This document shows, piece after piece, positions 43,130 to 52,869 of a stretch of DNA of 64,000 nt. Each line of letters opens with the position of its first letter. Within the stretch, counting starts at the first letter, position 1. A model generated the notes under the pieces. It searched no databases. It was not told the DNA's origin and saw only the letters and a list, made by a program, of their open reading frames with translations. Location: assembly GCA_965220105.1 (NCBI GenBank), contig OZ244811.1:1895086-1959085 (forward strand), written 5' to 3'. A program made the position numbers and the translations under genes. The stretch comes from Dehalococcoidia bacterium. GTDB taxonomy: Bacteria > Chloroflexota > Dehalococcoidia > Lucifugimonadales > UBA3495.

Positions 43130-43260
43130 CTAGTAGACCAACTTCTTTGTTATGACGGGTGAAATGCAGGGTTACTCGGCGAATTTCTGCGTAGGCCCAG
43201 TAGGTCAGGGCAGAGCCCCAGTACCAATCAACTCATCATTACAAAGATTTCAGACTACTA

Positions 43261-44067
43261 GGTTCTGTTGACATTTGATTATAATGGCCGTATGTCAAAC
43301 ATCAGATTATCACCAGAACAGTGGGCTAGGATTCTCGATTTCTTGCGTGGCTGCACCGGCCTGTACGTTGGCCAGGAAGCGGATTGCCGGCGTTTTGTCG
43401 AGGCCGTCTTATGGATTAATCGCTCTGGGGCCCAGTGGCGACTGCTGCCGGCCGAATACGGGAACTGGAACACCGTCTACAAACGATTCGCCCGTTGGAC
43501 TGACCAAGGGGTCTGGGCACAAATGCATCAACATTGCTCCGACGATGCGGATCTGGAATACCTGATCATCGACAGCACGGTGGTTCGGGCGCACCCTTGC
43601 GCGGCAGGAGCTCCCCCAAAAAGGGTGGCCAGGCTGCCCAGGCCCTGGGCCGGAGCCGCGGCGGGTTCAGCGCCAAGATTCACGTGAGCGTGGACGGCTT
43701 GGGCAACCCCTTGCGATTCATCCTGACCGGCGGGCAACAGCACGACATCACCCAGGCGGAGGGTTTGATCGCCGGTTATGCTGGCGAGCACGTACTGGCC
43801 GACCAAGGGTACGATGCCCAGGAGTTTCGCCGACACATTCTGGGACTGGGTATGATGCCGGTCATTCCGCCCCGCTCGAACCGCAAGGAACCCGCCGACT
43901 ATGACCGGCATCTGTACCGGGAGCGTCATCTGGTCGAATGCTTCATCAACAAAATCAAGCACTATCGCCGGATCTTCTCCCGGTTTGAGAAGCTGGACAC
44001 CAGATACCTGGGCTTCCTGCATTTCACCGCCGCTCTCATCTGGCTACGGTGAAATGTCAACAGAACC
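43261..44067 (+). mobile_element. IS5-family (IS427-group-like) element
   Basis: Perfect 16-bp IRs GGTTCTGTTGACATTT and AAATGTCAACAGAACC. ORFs 43268-43687 and 43534-44052 are joined by -1 slippage at CCAAAAAGG. Flanking TA. Confidence 0.9.
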
Positions 44068-44163
44068 TAATTTATCGATTTCGCTTCCGACTATCCCCAT
44101 AAGAATCGACCGGTCTGGGGCGCCAGAATCGACCGGTGTGTTCATCAACTGTTGCCGGACCTC

Positions 44164-44307
44164 CGCGTACACACTTTAATCTGTCATTGCGAGGAGCACA
44201 GCAACGTGGCAATCTCGATGAGGTTGAACACACGTCGGCGAACCGCCGTTGCTACGACGACGAGATTGCCACGCTACGCTCGCAATGACAAAGTGGGTAC
44301 GCATGAG
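44164..44307. repeat. Long-hairpin intergenic repeat, copy B
   Basis: See copy A at 22-165. Confidence 0.8.
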
Positions 44308-44504
44308 TTGGCGGACGCACCGACAGATTTGGCATATCCCTGCTATAATTCTTATGTTGTGCCAACGTCGGGAGGTCTGATTATCCCATATCCCGACTCT
44401 CGTACCAACCAGGGCAGTCGGCCGGATTCTGCCCCGATTGTCGCCGGAATCGGCCCGCCCGTTCAACCTGACCTGTTGACTTAAAACGCTGAGGAGCCCC
44501 TCCC

Positions 44505-45620
44505 ATGACCCTGACCAAGATCGCCCAGCAGAACCTGCGTACTCCCGGACCTACCCCAATACCGGACGACATCGTTGAAGAGATGTCGCTGCCGATGATC
44601 AACCACCGGGGGCCTGAGTTCAAGGAGCTGATTGAGGCTACCACCGCCGGCCTGAAGCAGGTCTTCATGACCAACGACGACCTGTACATCCTGACCGCCA
44701 GCGGCACCGGGGCCCTGGAGGCCGCCGTGGTCAACACCCTGTCCCCCGGCGACCGGGTCATCGCCTGCACCGCCGGTTCTTTCGGCGACCGCTTCGTCCA
44801 GATTGCCGAGACCTACGGCGCCGACGTGCTCCGCATGGACTTTGAATGGGGCGACGCCATCGACGCCGAAGCCATCCGGGCCGAGTTGCGGCAGGACGCC
44901 TCCATCAAGGCGGTGCTGGTCACCCACAACGAGACCTCCACCGGCGTGACCCACGACCTGGAATCCATCGCCAGGGTGGTCAAGGGCGAGTTCGGCAAGC
45001 TCCTGCTGGTGGACGCCGTCAGCAGCCTGGGCTGCCTGCCCCTGCCCGTGGACGGCTGGGACTGCGATATGGTCGCCACCGGGTCGCAGAAGGGTTTCAT
45101 GATTCCGCCCGGGCTGGCCTTCATCAGCATCAGCGCCAGGGGTTGGGAAGCCTACCAGGACGCGAAGATGCCCAAGTTCTATTTCGACCTGATGGCTGCC
45201 GAGCGTTCGCTGTCCCGAGGCCAGACCCCCTGGACGCCCAACGTGGCCCTCCTCTACGGCCTGCGCCTGGGCCTGGACCGCATCCTCAGCGAGGGGCTGG
45301 AATCGGTGTACGATCGCCACGCCGGCATCGGTGAATACTGCCGGGCGGGCGTCAAGGAGTTGGGCCTGCAACTGCTGGCCAACGACGAATCCCGCGCGTC
45401 CAACACCGTGACCGCCGTCAAGATGCCCGAAGAGATCGACGGCGGCAGGTTCATGGCCATGATGCGCGAGGACGAGGGCGTGGTGCTGGCCGGCGGCCAG
45501 GGCAAGCTGACCGGCCTCACCTTCCGGATCGGACACTTGGGTTGGGTGACCAAAGAAGACATCACCGAGGTTCTGGACGCGCTGGGACGCGTATTGCCCA
45601 AGGTCGGTTTCAAAGGATAA
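44505..45620 (+). CDS. Class V PLP-dependent aminotransferase (AGXT/SGAT/SerC-like)
   Basis: 371 aa with GAGGAG RBS. Motifs TPGPTPIP, NHRGPEF, HNETSTG and TGSQKG (PLP lysine) are present. Confidence 0.85.
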   Translation: MTLTKIAQQNLRTPGPTPIPDDIVEEMSLPMINHRGPEFKELIEATTAGLKQVFMTNDDLYILTASGTGALEAAVVNTLSPGDRVIACTAGSFGDRFVQIAETYGADVLRMDFEWGDAIDAEAIRAELRQDASIKAVLVTHNETSTGVTHDLESIARVVKGEFGKLLLVDAVSSLGCLPLPVDGWDCDMVATGSQKGFMIPPGLAFISISARGWEAYQDAKMPKFYFDLMAAERSLSRGQTPWTPNVALLYGLRLGLDRILSEGLESVYDRHAGIGEYCRAGVKELGLQLLANDESRASNTVTAVKMPEEIDGGRFMAMMREDEGVVLAGGQGKLTGLTFRIGHLGWVTKEDITEVLDALGRVLPKVGFKG

Positions 45621-45699
45621 GCGGTCGGATCAACGTCGGTCCGGTCACCGGTCGAACCATCGGTAGAAAGGTTCTGGGGCAACGTAAACCCCCGATGGA

Positions 45700-46170
45700 G
45701 TGACGGATATGTCCACCAACTCGCAGCTACAACAGGCCATGGCGACTCTCCGGCTGTCCCTGGCCGAGATTCGTCACAAAGAAGAGCAGCTGGACGCCTC
45801 CATAAGCCAGTTCCGTACGCAGATGCGTCGGCTCCCCCGCCAGAACATCTATGGCCGGGCTCCCCTGGAAATGGCATTGTCGGCCATGGGCGAGGTGGAG
45901 GAGCGGTTGCAGGACGCCGAAGCCACCCGTCGCCGACTGCTGACAGTCAAGAAAGCCGCTCAAGAAGAACTCGCCGCGCTGGAATCGGTGCAGCAGGTGG
46001 ACGAAGCCCGCAAGTCCCTCGCCCAGCTCAAGCAGCAATCCCGAGGGTTGCCGCCGTCCGATGAAGCCGCCGCCGAAATCCGACGCCTGGAACACTTCAT
46101 CGCCCAGCACAGCCGCCGCGCCGAGCAGACCATCACCGCCAACTTCCAGGAACGCCGCGAGCAGGGGTAA
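45700..46170 (+). CDS. Hypothetical coiled-coil protein
   Basis: 156-aa ORF rich in Q/E/R/A heptad-like sequence. No motif recognised. Confidence 0.45.
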   Translation: MTDMSTNSQLQQAMATLRLSLAEIRHKEEQLDASISQFRTQMRRLPRQNIYGRAPLEMALSAMGEVEERLQDAEATRRRLLTVKKAAQEELAALESVQQVDEARKSLAQLKQQSRGLPPSDEAAAEIRRLEHFIAQHSRRAEQTITANFQERREQG

Positions 46171-46222
46171 CGGCGCCGCTGCTCCCTCCACAGCAAGGGG
46201 TGGGCATTTGGGCGGCGACTAT

Positions 46223-46267
46223 CCCCTCCCCTCCCCCTTGATGGGAGAGGGCCAGGGTGAGGGTGAA
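46223..46267. repeat. REP-like hairpin element (CCCCTC(T)CCC-loop-GGGAGAGGG...GGTGAGGGTG family)
   Basis: Related copies at 50805-50837, 52691-52739, 53621-53669 and 55551-55588 (inverted), plus a degenerate inverted copy at about 50881-50919. Confidence 0.7.
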
Positions 46268-46296
46268 GCAGCATCGGGCGCTGATATACTGGCTTC

Positions 46297-47608
46297 ATGG
46301 ACTCCATAACGCTCGAAAACTACCGTTGCTTCGGCGAAAAACAAACCGCGCGCCTGGCTCCGCTGACGCTGTTGGTTGGCCCCAACAGCACCGGGAAAAC
46401 ATCGTTCCTGGCGCTGATACGGGCACTTTGGGATACGGTCTTCGGTGAATCGATTACCCAATTTCCGGGAGTTCCCATACGATCTGGGTTCGTTCCAGGA
46501 CATAGCCCACAGTCGCGGGGCCAGGGGTAGTCAAGCCAGCGAATTTGGGGCCGGATTCGACTTTTCACCCATAGAAACAATGGAAGGCTCGCCTGTCCAC
46601 ATGTGGGTCACTTTCGAGAATCGTGACACCGCTCCCTTTCCCAGATTTACTAGCGCGGTGTCCACCGAAGTAACGTGGGAGATATGTGCCGGCGGAGAGG
46701 GTGCGTCGCAAGGGAGATTTCGTGTCGGCGACGGAGAATGGCAACCCTATCCGATGCTTGAAGGGAACATAGAACTTCATGGCCGGTTCCCTTTGTCGAC
46801 CCAGTTATCGCGGCTGCACCGGACTTTTCCGCATAGGAATAGTTTCGATCCCTCCGAAAGTGACATTGATTATACCCCGATGATGGAATTAGGGGCTGTG
46901 ATTTTTGCAGTGCGGAATTTTTTGCGCCGTCCGTTTGCCAATGCAGCCATCCGCTCTCGGCCACAACGGAGGTACGACCCAATGCTTCAGACGCCGGACG
47001 CTCAGGGAGAATACATACCAAGCTACTTGGCTGGGTTGGCCCGGTCTGACCCTGACGAATGGCAGTCGTTAAAGCGCCGTCTAGAGAGATTCGGGGACCA
47101 ATCAGGATTATTCGACGAAATCTCCGTCAGATCACTCGGAAAATCGGACGGCGACCCTTTTCAACTGCAAATCCGCAAGTTCGGGAAGCGTAGAAAGGGC
47201 CGACCTCGTAACCTGATTGACGTTGGGTACGGTATCAGCCAAGTGTTGCCCACTTTGACCGAAGTTTTTCGCGCAAACGGACCCTCGACTTTTCTCTTGC
47301 AGCAACCGGAAGTGCACTTGCACCCCAGCGCTCAGGCGGCGTTAGGTACCCTGTTCTGCTCCGTCGCCGCCGGGGGCCGCCAACTGGTAATCGAAACCCA
47401 CAGCGACTACATCATCGACCGGGTGCGGATGGACGTGCGCGACGGAACCACCGGCCTCAAGCCTGAGGACGTATCAATCCTCTACTTTGAACCGGGCGAT
47501 TTGGATGTGAAGATTCACTCGATTCGCATAGACCAAGCCGGGAACGTGCTGGATGCACCGCATTCATATGGAAAGTTCTTCATGGATGAGGTTAGTAGGT
47601 CTAGGTAG
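46297..47608 (+). pseudogene. AAA ATPase with DUF3696-like C-terminus, one frameshift
   Basis: The Walker A part (LLVGPNSTGKTS) is in ORF 46297-46530 and the rest in ORF 46445-47608 (GYGISQVLP, LLQQPEVHLHP, IETHSDYIIDR). The shift lies at CCC 46458-46460. Lower GC than the flanks. Confidence 0.75.
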
Positions 47609-47621
47609 TGTCCCGTCAATA

Positions 47622-48949
47622 GGTGTAAAAGCGCGTCATCCCTTTTGATGTTGATTAGGTCGCTGTGTCCAGCATATTGGGCGTCGGCAGTGCCTCGTTG
47701 CCGGCGGCGTTGGGGATGGTGAGGTAGCGGCGGGCTTCGGCCCATTCGTCGTGCTGCTCGGCCAGCACCGCGCCCACCAGGCGCCGCGCCGACAGCCGGT
47801 TGGGGAAGATGCCCACCACATCAGTGCGGCGCCTTATCTCCCGGTTCAGCCGTTCCTGCGGGTTGTTGGACCACAGCTTCTGCCAGTGGGCCACTGGGAA
47901 GGCCGTGAAGGCCAGGAGGTCCGGCGCGGCGTCCGCCAGCAGCTCCGCCACCTGGGGAAAGGGCTCCCGAAGTTGTTCCACCACTCGGTCTAGTTGGCCG
48001 TGGACCTCGGCGGGAGACAGTTGCTGGTAGATGGTGCGTACCATGGTGGCCACGCCAGGTTGGGCACGCTTGGGCACTCGGGTGAGCAGGTTGGCCATGA
48101 AGTGAGTGCGGCAGCGCTGCCAGCTGGCTCCAGCAAACACCGCGGCGATGGCGTTCTTCAGCCCCTGGTGGGCATCGGAGGTAACCAGTTCCACCCCGCT
48201 GAGCCCCCGAGCGGTCAGCGACCGCAGGAAGGCCAGCCAGAAGGCGCCGTCCTCGCTGGCGCCCACGTCCATACCCAGGATCTCACGCTGCCCGTCGGCA
48301 TTGACCCCCGTCGCCACCACCACGCAGACGTTGACGATGCGACCGCCCTCCCGCACCTTCTGGGTCAGGCCGTCCAGCCACACGTAGGGGTAGGGGCCAC
48401 CGTCCAGGGGCCGACCCAGGAAACTCTCCACCACCTCGTCCAGTTGCTCGCAGATGCGCGACACCTGGCTGCTGGAGATGCCGTCGCAGCCCAGAGATTT
48501 GATCAGGTCATCCACCCTCCTGGTGGACACGCCTTCTACATAGGCTTGCTGGATCACCGACAGCAGCGCCTTCTCACTGCGCCGCCGTGGTTCCAGCAGG
48601 CTGGGGAAGTAGCTGCCCTCCCGCAGCTTGGGAATGTGCAACTCCATGGTGCCCACCCGAGTATCCCAGGTGCGGTTGCGGTAGCCGTTGCGGTAGGTGA
48701 CCCGCTCCGAGCTGCGTTCGCCGTGATCAGCGCCGATCTGGGCGGAAACCTCGGCGTCCATGATGCCGTCCACCAGGACGCGCAGGGCTTCCCGCAGAAA
48801 GTCCACGTCTCCGTCCATACCACGCTTGCGTAATAATTCCAAAAGGTCCATTCTTTGCTTGACCACCGTCGTTCTCCTTGGTTGGGTTGTGACTTCCGAT
48901 CAAGGATGACGCGGTGGTTAGCTTTTGGCTACACCGATTCTTTTACACC
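47622..48949 (-). mobile_element. IS256-family element with intact transposase (47655-48866)
   Basis: The 403-aa ORF has IS256/mutator-type motifs (RVTYRNGY, YVWLDG, VTSDAHQGL, WQRCRTHF). The terminal inverted core is GGTGTAAAAG/CTTTTACACC. Exact ends are uncertain by about 10 bp. Confidence 0.85.
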
Positions 48950-48991
48950 ACCTCCCGGTACTCTACTTAGGTCTATCGGCCTTCGCAGGAA

Positions 48992-49474
48992 ATGAGGGTG
49001 TGCGCGATACTTGATAACAGCACCAGGGACGAGGTTTTTGGGAATACGCCGACTGATAGGGGCCAGGTTTTCTACGAGTGGATTAATCAGGGGTATGGCC
49101 GTTTAGTAATAGGCGGCACTCAGCTCCGGGATGAACTCGGTGGGAACAATGAGCAGCCCGGTTCTGTGAACTTCCGAAGGTGGCTTCCCACTGCTATACG
49201 GCTTGGCCGCGTTGCCCAACCGAATGACGACACGGTAGTGGATGCGGCAGCCAAAGCTTTGAAGACGCAAGGGATTTGTCAATCCAATGACCCTCACGTT
49301 CTCGCCCTGGCACAGCATACCGGGGCGCAGTTGCTGTACACCAACGACCAGGCGTTGCAGCGTGATTTCGGGAACCGCGCCATTATCGGCGGTATAGGCG
49401 GCAAGGTTTATCCCAATACGGATTATCGCGAGTTCTTGAACAACCGTCGCAACCGCCGTTTGTGCAACAGGTGA
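48992..49474 (+). CDS. PIN-like domain protein
   Basis: 160 aa. The pattern ILDNS...SNDPHVLALA...LLYTNDQAL..DF resembles PIN-like nucleases (recalled pattern only). Confidence 0.5.
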   Translation: MRVCAILDNSTRDEVFGNTPTDRGQVFYEWINQGYGRLVIGGTQLRDELGGNNEQPGSVNFRRWLPTAIRLGRVAQPNDDTVVDAAAKALKTQGICQSNDPHVLALAQHTGAQLLYTNDQALQRDFGNRAIIGGIGGKVYPNTDYREFLNNRRNRRLCNR

Positions 49475-49555
49475 TAATCTATTTCCAACCGCCCTCTATG
49501 GTATATTGAGCCGGCAATTTCGCTGCTAATCCATGCCCGCCAGGAGCGCTTTACA

Positions 49556-50794
49556 ATGGCCAGCAACCCGTCGTCCAGCGCAGATATCACCCAGATCTCC
49601 GATGGCACCATCACCTCCCCGCCGGGCTTCTCCGCCGGCGGCGTTTTCATCGGGCTAAAGAGCCGGGGGGAGGACAAACTTGACCTGGCGCTGCTGGTTT
49701 CGGACACCACCTGTTCGGTGGGCGGTGTGTTCACCACTTCCTCCATCCGTTCGGCCACCGTCGACCTGGACCGGGAGCGCGTCGCCCGGGGCCAGGCTCG
49801 CGCCCTCATCGTCAACGCCGGCATCGCCAATACCTGCGTCGGCCCCCAGGGTTACAAGGACGCCGAGGAGATGACCCGCCTGGCCGCCAATACCCTGGGC
49901 CTCACCACCGAAGACGTGCTGGTGTGCAGCACCGGCGTCATCGGCGTGGAGCTGCCCATGTCTCTCATCCGTTCCGGCGTAACGGCGATTTCCCTCGACG
50001 CGAGCGGCGGAAACCAGCTCGCCCGGGCCATGATGACCACCGACACCCACCCCAAGGAAACCGCCGTATCCTTCACCGCCTCCAGCGGCCAGACCATCAC
50101 CATCGGCGGCGTGGCCAAGGGGTCGGGCATGATCCACCCCAACATGGCGACCATGCTGTCCTTCGCTGCCACCGACGCCGCCGTCGACCCGGGATTTCTG
50201 CAAACCACCGTGAAGGCGGTGGCTGACGAGACCTACAACATGCTCACGGTGGACGGCGACAGCAGCACCAACGATACGTTCCTCGCTTTCGCCAACGGGC
50301 AGGCCGGCAACCCGGTAATCGACGACCGCTCGCCCGACGCCGCCGCCTTCCGCAGCGCGCTCCACCGGGTCTGCACCGATCTGACCCGCATGCTGGCCCG
50401 CGACGGCGAGGGCGCTTCGCGCCTCATAACGGTGCAGGTGGACGGCGCCCGCAGCGACGTCGACGCCCGCAAGGCCGCCAAGACCATCGCCGGCAGCAAC
50501 CTGGTGAAGTCCGCGGTCTACGGGGCCGACCCCAACTGGGGCCGCCTGATGATGGCCCTGGGCCGCAGCGGCGCCGAGGCCGTCGAGGAGCACGTCGACC
50601 TCTTCGTCAACGGTGTTTGCATCATGGAAGCCGGCACTCCAATACCATTCCATCGAGATGCTGTGGTGGCGTTGATGTCCACCGATCAGGTGGACTTTCG
50701 GGTCAGCCTGAACCTGGCCGACGGGGCCGCCACCGCCTTCGGTTGCGACCTCACCGAGCAGTACGTCATCATCAACAGCGCCTACACCACCTAG
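49556..50794 (+). CDS. argJ: Bifunctional ornithine acetyltransferase / N-acetylglutamate synthase
   Basis: Motifs GFSAGGV, NAGIANTC, MMTTDT, KGSGMIHPNMATMLSF and NSAYTT at the C-terminus. Confidence 0.93.
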   Translation: MASNPSSSADITQISDGTITSPPGFSAGGVFIGLKSRGEDKLDLALLVSDTTCSVGGVFTTSSIRSATVDLDRERVARGQARALIVNAGIANTCVGPQGYKDAEEMTRLAANTLGLTTEDVLVCSTGVIGVELPMSLIRSGVTAISLDASGGNQLARAMMTTDTHPKETAVSFTASSGQTITIGGVAKGSGMIHPNMATMLSFAATDAAVDPGFLQTTVKAVADETYNMLTVDGDSSTNDTFLAFANGQAGNPVIDDRSPDAAAFRSALHRVCTDLTRMLARDGEGASRLITVQVDGARSDVDARKAAKTIAGSNLVKSAVYGADPNWGRLMMALGRSGAEAVEEHVDLFVNGVCIMEAGTPIPFHRDAVVALMSTDQVDFRVSLNLADGAATAFGCDLTEQYVIINSAYTT

Positions 50795-50804
50795 AGATTA
50801 CTTG

Positions 50805-50837
50805 TCCCCTCTCCCTTGATGGGAGAGGGTGAGGGTG
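50805..50837. repeat. REP-like hairpin element
   Basis: TCCCCTCTCCC-TTGAT-GGGAGAGGGTGAGGGTG, directly after the argJ stop. Confidence 0.7.
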
Positions 50838-50959
50838 AAAAACCTCGAATAGCCATTCGTTCCGGGCCCGGCGGGGGGTTCCCCCTCACCCCAGCCATCT
50901 CCCACCAGGGGAGCGGGAGCCGCCGGCGCCACAGCATCAGCCATTGAGCACCGCAAACC

Positions 50960-51763
50960 GTGTCGCAACCATCCAAACCGGCCCCCATCGTCGTTAAAAT
51001 CGGCGGCAGCACCCTGGGCAGAAATGATACATCGTTGCAGGATTTGGTGGAATTGCACCGGGCGGGGCGGCCCGTGGTCATCGTTCACGGTGGGGGCAAC
51101 GTCATCAGCGAGTGGATGCGGCGGCAGAACCTGGCGCCCAACTTTGTCAACGGTCTCAGGGTCACCGACGCCCCTGCGCTGGAGATTGTCGTCGCCGTCC
51201 TGGGCGGCTTGGTGAACAAGGAACTGACCGCCCAGCTGCAGAACCTGGGCGCGCCCACCATCGGCCTCAGCGGCATGGACGGTTGCCTTTTGCAGGCCTG
51301 GGTCGCCAACCCCGAACTCGGCTACGTCGGGGAGATCGCCCGGGTCGACACCACACCCGTCGATGCCATCGTCGCCGCCGGTTTCATCCCCATGATTTCG
51401 CCCATCGCCGTGGATGTTACCGACGGCAGCGACCACGCCGGGCAACCCCTCAACGTCAACGGCGATACGGCAGCCGGTGCTCTCGCCCACGCCCTGGGGG
51501 CGGAGCGGGTCATCTTCCTGACCGACGTCGCCGGCGTCATGGATAACGGCGGGCGGGTGATTCCGCGCCTGAACTCCCGCACCGCTGAGAACCTGCGTAA
51601 CTCAGGCGTGGCCCGCGGCGGGATGCTGCCCAAGCTGGATGCCTGCCTGGCCGCGCTGACCGACCACGCCGTTCCCAGCGCTCATATCATCGACGGGCGG
51701 GAGCCTGGCGCCCTGATGGAGTGCATCAACGGCAACCCCATCGGCACCCGCATTACGCCGTAG
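50960..51763 (+). CDS. argB: Acetylglutamate kinase
   Basis: GTG start. Motifs IVVKIGGS, VIVHGGG, NVNGDTAAG and GGMLPKL. Confidence 0.93.
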   Translation: MSQPSKPAPIVVKIGGSTLGRNDTSLQDLVELHRAGRPVVIVHGGGNVISEWMRRQNLAPNFVNGLRVTDAPALEIVVAVLGGLVNKELTAQLQNLGAPTIGLSGMDGCLLQAWVANPELGYVGEIARVDTTPVDAIVAAGFIPMISPIAVDVTDGSDHAGQPLNVNGDTAAGALAHALGAERVIFLTDVAGVMDNGGRVIPRLNSRTAENLRNSGVARGGMLPKLDACLAALTDHAVPSAHIIDGREPGALMECINGNPIGTRITP

Positions 51764-51926
51764 GCAGCGCTTAACGCCGTCCAACCAGTTCCTTGCCAGG
51801 CAGTTCGAGGGTGTCCTTCAACAGCCTCATAATGAATGGTAACCGGCCGGATCTCGCCGTTCAGGGGACACCCGGGCCCGAGCAGTGCATCTTGACATCA
51901 AACAGATCGCGCACTATGATGCGGGC

Positions 51927-52187
51927 ATGAGAACCACGTTGACTTTGGACGACGATTTGGCCGATGCCCTACGGGAGCGTGCGTTCCTCATGAATCTGCC
52001 TTTCAAACAGGTGGTGAACGACGCGATACGACGGGGGCTGTCTCCTGAGGCTTCACCGGATCGTGTGCCACGTTTCAGGGTAGTTCCCAACAAGAGCGGG
52101 TTCGCGCCTGGCGTCGACCCTTTGCGTCTGAATCAGCTCAACGACCAGCTCCAAGCCGAGGAATTCGGCGCAGCGGACTCGCCTTGA
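51927..52187 (+). CDS. vapB: VapB-type antitoxin
   Basis: Starts MRTTLTLDDDLADALRE. The stop overlaps the vapC start. Confidence 0.75.
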   Translation: MRTTLTLDDDLADALRERAFLMNLPFKQVVNDAIRRGLSPEASPDRVPRFRVVPNKSGFAPGVDPLRLNQLNDQLQAEEFGAADSP

Positions 52188-52618
52188 TAGTCCCAGACGT
52201 GAACCTGTTAGTGTATGCCTATAACGACGCGGTCCAGTGGCACGAGCCGGCGTTGCGGTGGTGGGAAGATATGGTGAACGGCACCGAACGGGTGGGGATC
52301 CCGTGGGTGGTAACCACCGGTTTTATGCGGCTCATGACCCACCCGAGGTTGTTGGCTGTGCCGATCGACGGCGCTCAAGCCATCGATGTCGTGGCGGAAT
52401 GGTTCCGGTTTCCCAACGTAGTGCCCATCAATCCAGGGACCGACCATCTCACCTACCTGCGGCGCAACTTGGAAGCCGCCGGGGTGGGAGGAAACCTGGT
52501 TACCGATTGTCACCTGGCCGCATTGGCCATGGAGTACCAGGCTGAGTTGCACTCCAACGATACCGACTTCAGCCGCTTCCCAGGCCTTCGCTGGCGTAAT
52601 CCTCTGACGCCGGTGTGA
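52184..52618 (+). CDS. vapC: PIN-domain toxin VapC
   Basis: Reads MIVPDVNLLVYA...TD.HLAALA...LHSNDTDF across 144 aa. Confidence 0.85.
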   Translation: MIVPDVNLLVYAYNDAVQWHEPALRWWEDMVNGTERVGIPWVVTTGFMRLMTHPRLLAVPIDGAQAIDVVAEWFRFPNVVPINPGTDHLTYLRRNLEAAGVGGNLVTDCHLAALAMEYQAELHSNDTDFSRFPGLRWRNPLTPV

Positions 52619-52686
52619 ACACGGGACAGCCGCCAGGCCACTGGCTCGCCCGGTCGACTGCCGGGCAACCCCACCCCGATAGGCAA

Positions 52687-52810
52687 AAAAAGCCCCTCTC
52701 CCGCCGGGAGAGGGGTTTGGGGTGAGTGGCGAGGGCCCCTAAGCAGCGATCAGATCTTTCGCTATGGCGTCGGTCATGATGCCGTTGTGGGAGTCCAGGT
52801 GGGCAACCAC
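52687..52810. repeat. 124-bp direct repeat, copy A (hairpin terminator plus a copy of the last 23 codons of the 53669-54133 gene)
   Basis: Identical to 53617-53740 except at 52726 and 52792. The offset is exactly 930 bp. Confidence 0.95.
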
Positions 52811-52869
52811 CTCAACGACCAACTTAAGGCCGAGGCTTTCGGCGCGGTGGGCGCTGTCCTCTGGGACAG

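Noticed and set aside
44481-45536. 351-aa minus-strand ORF
   Set aside because: It is antisense to the well-supported class V aminotransferase.
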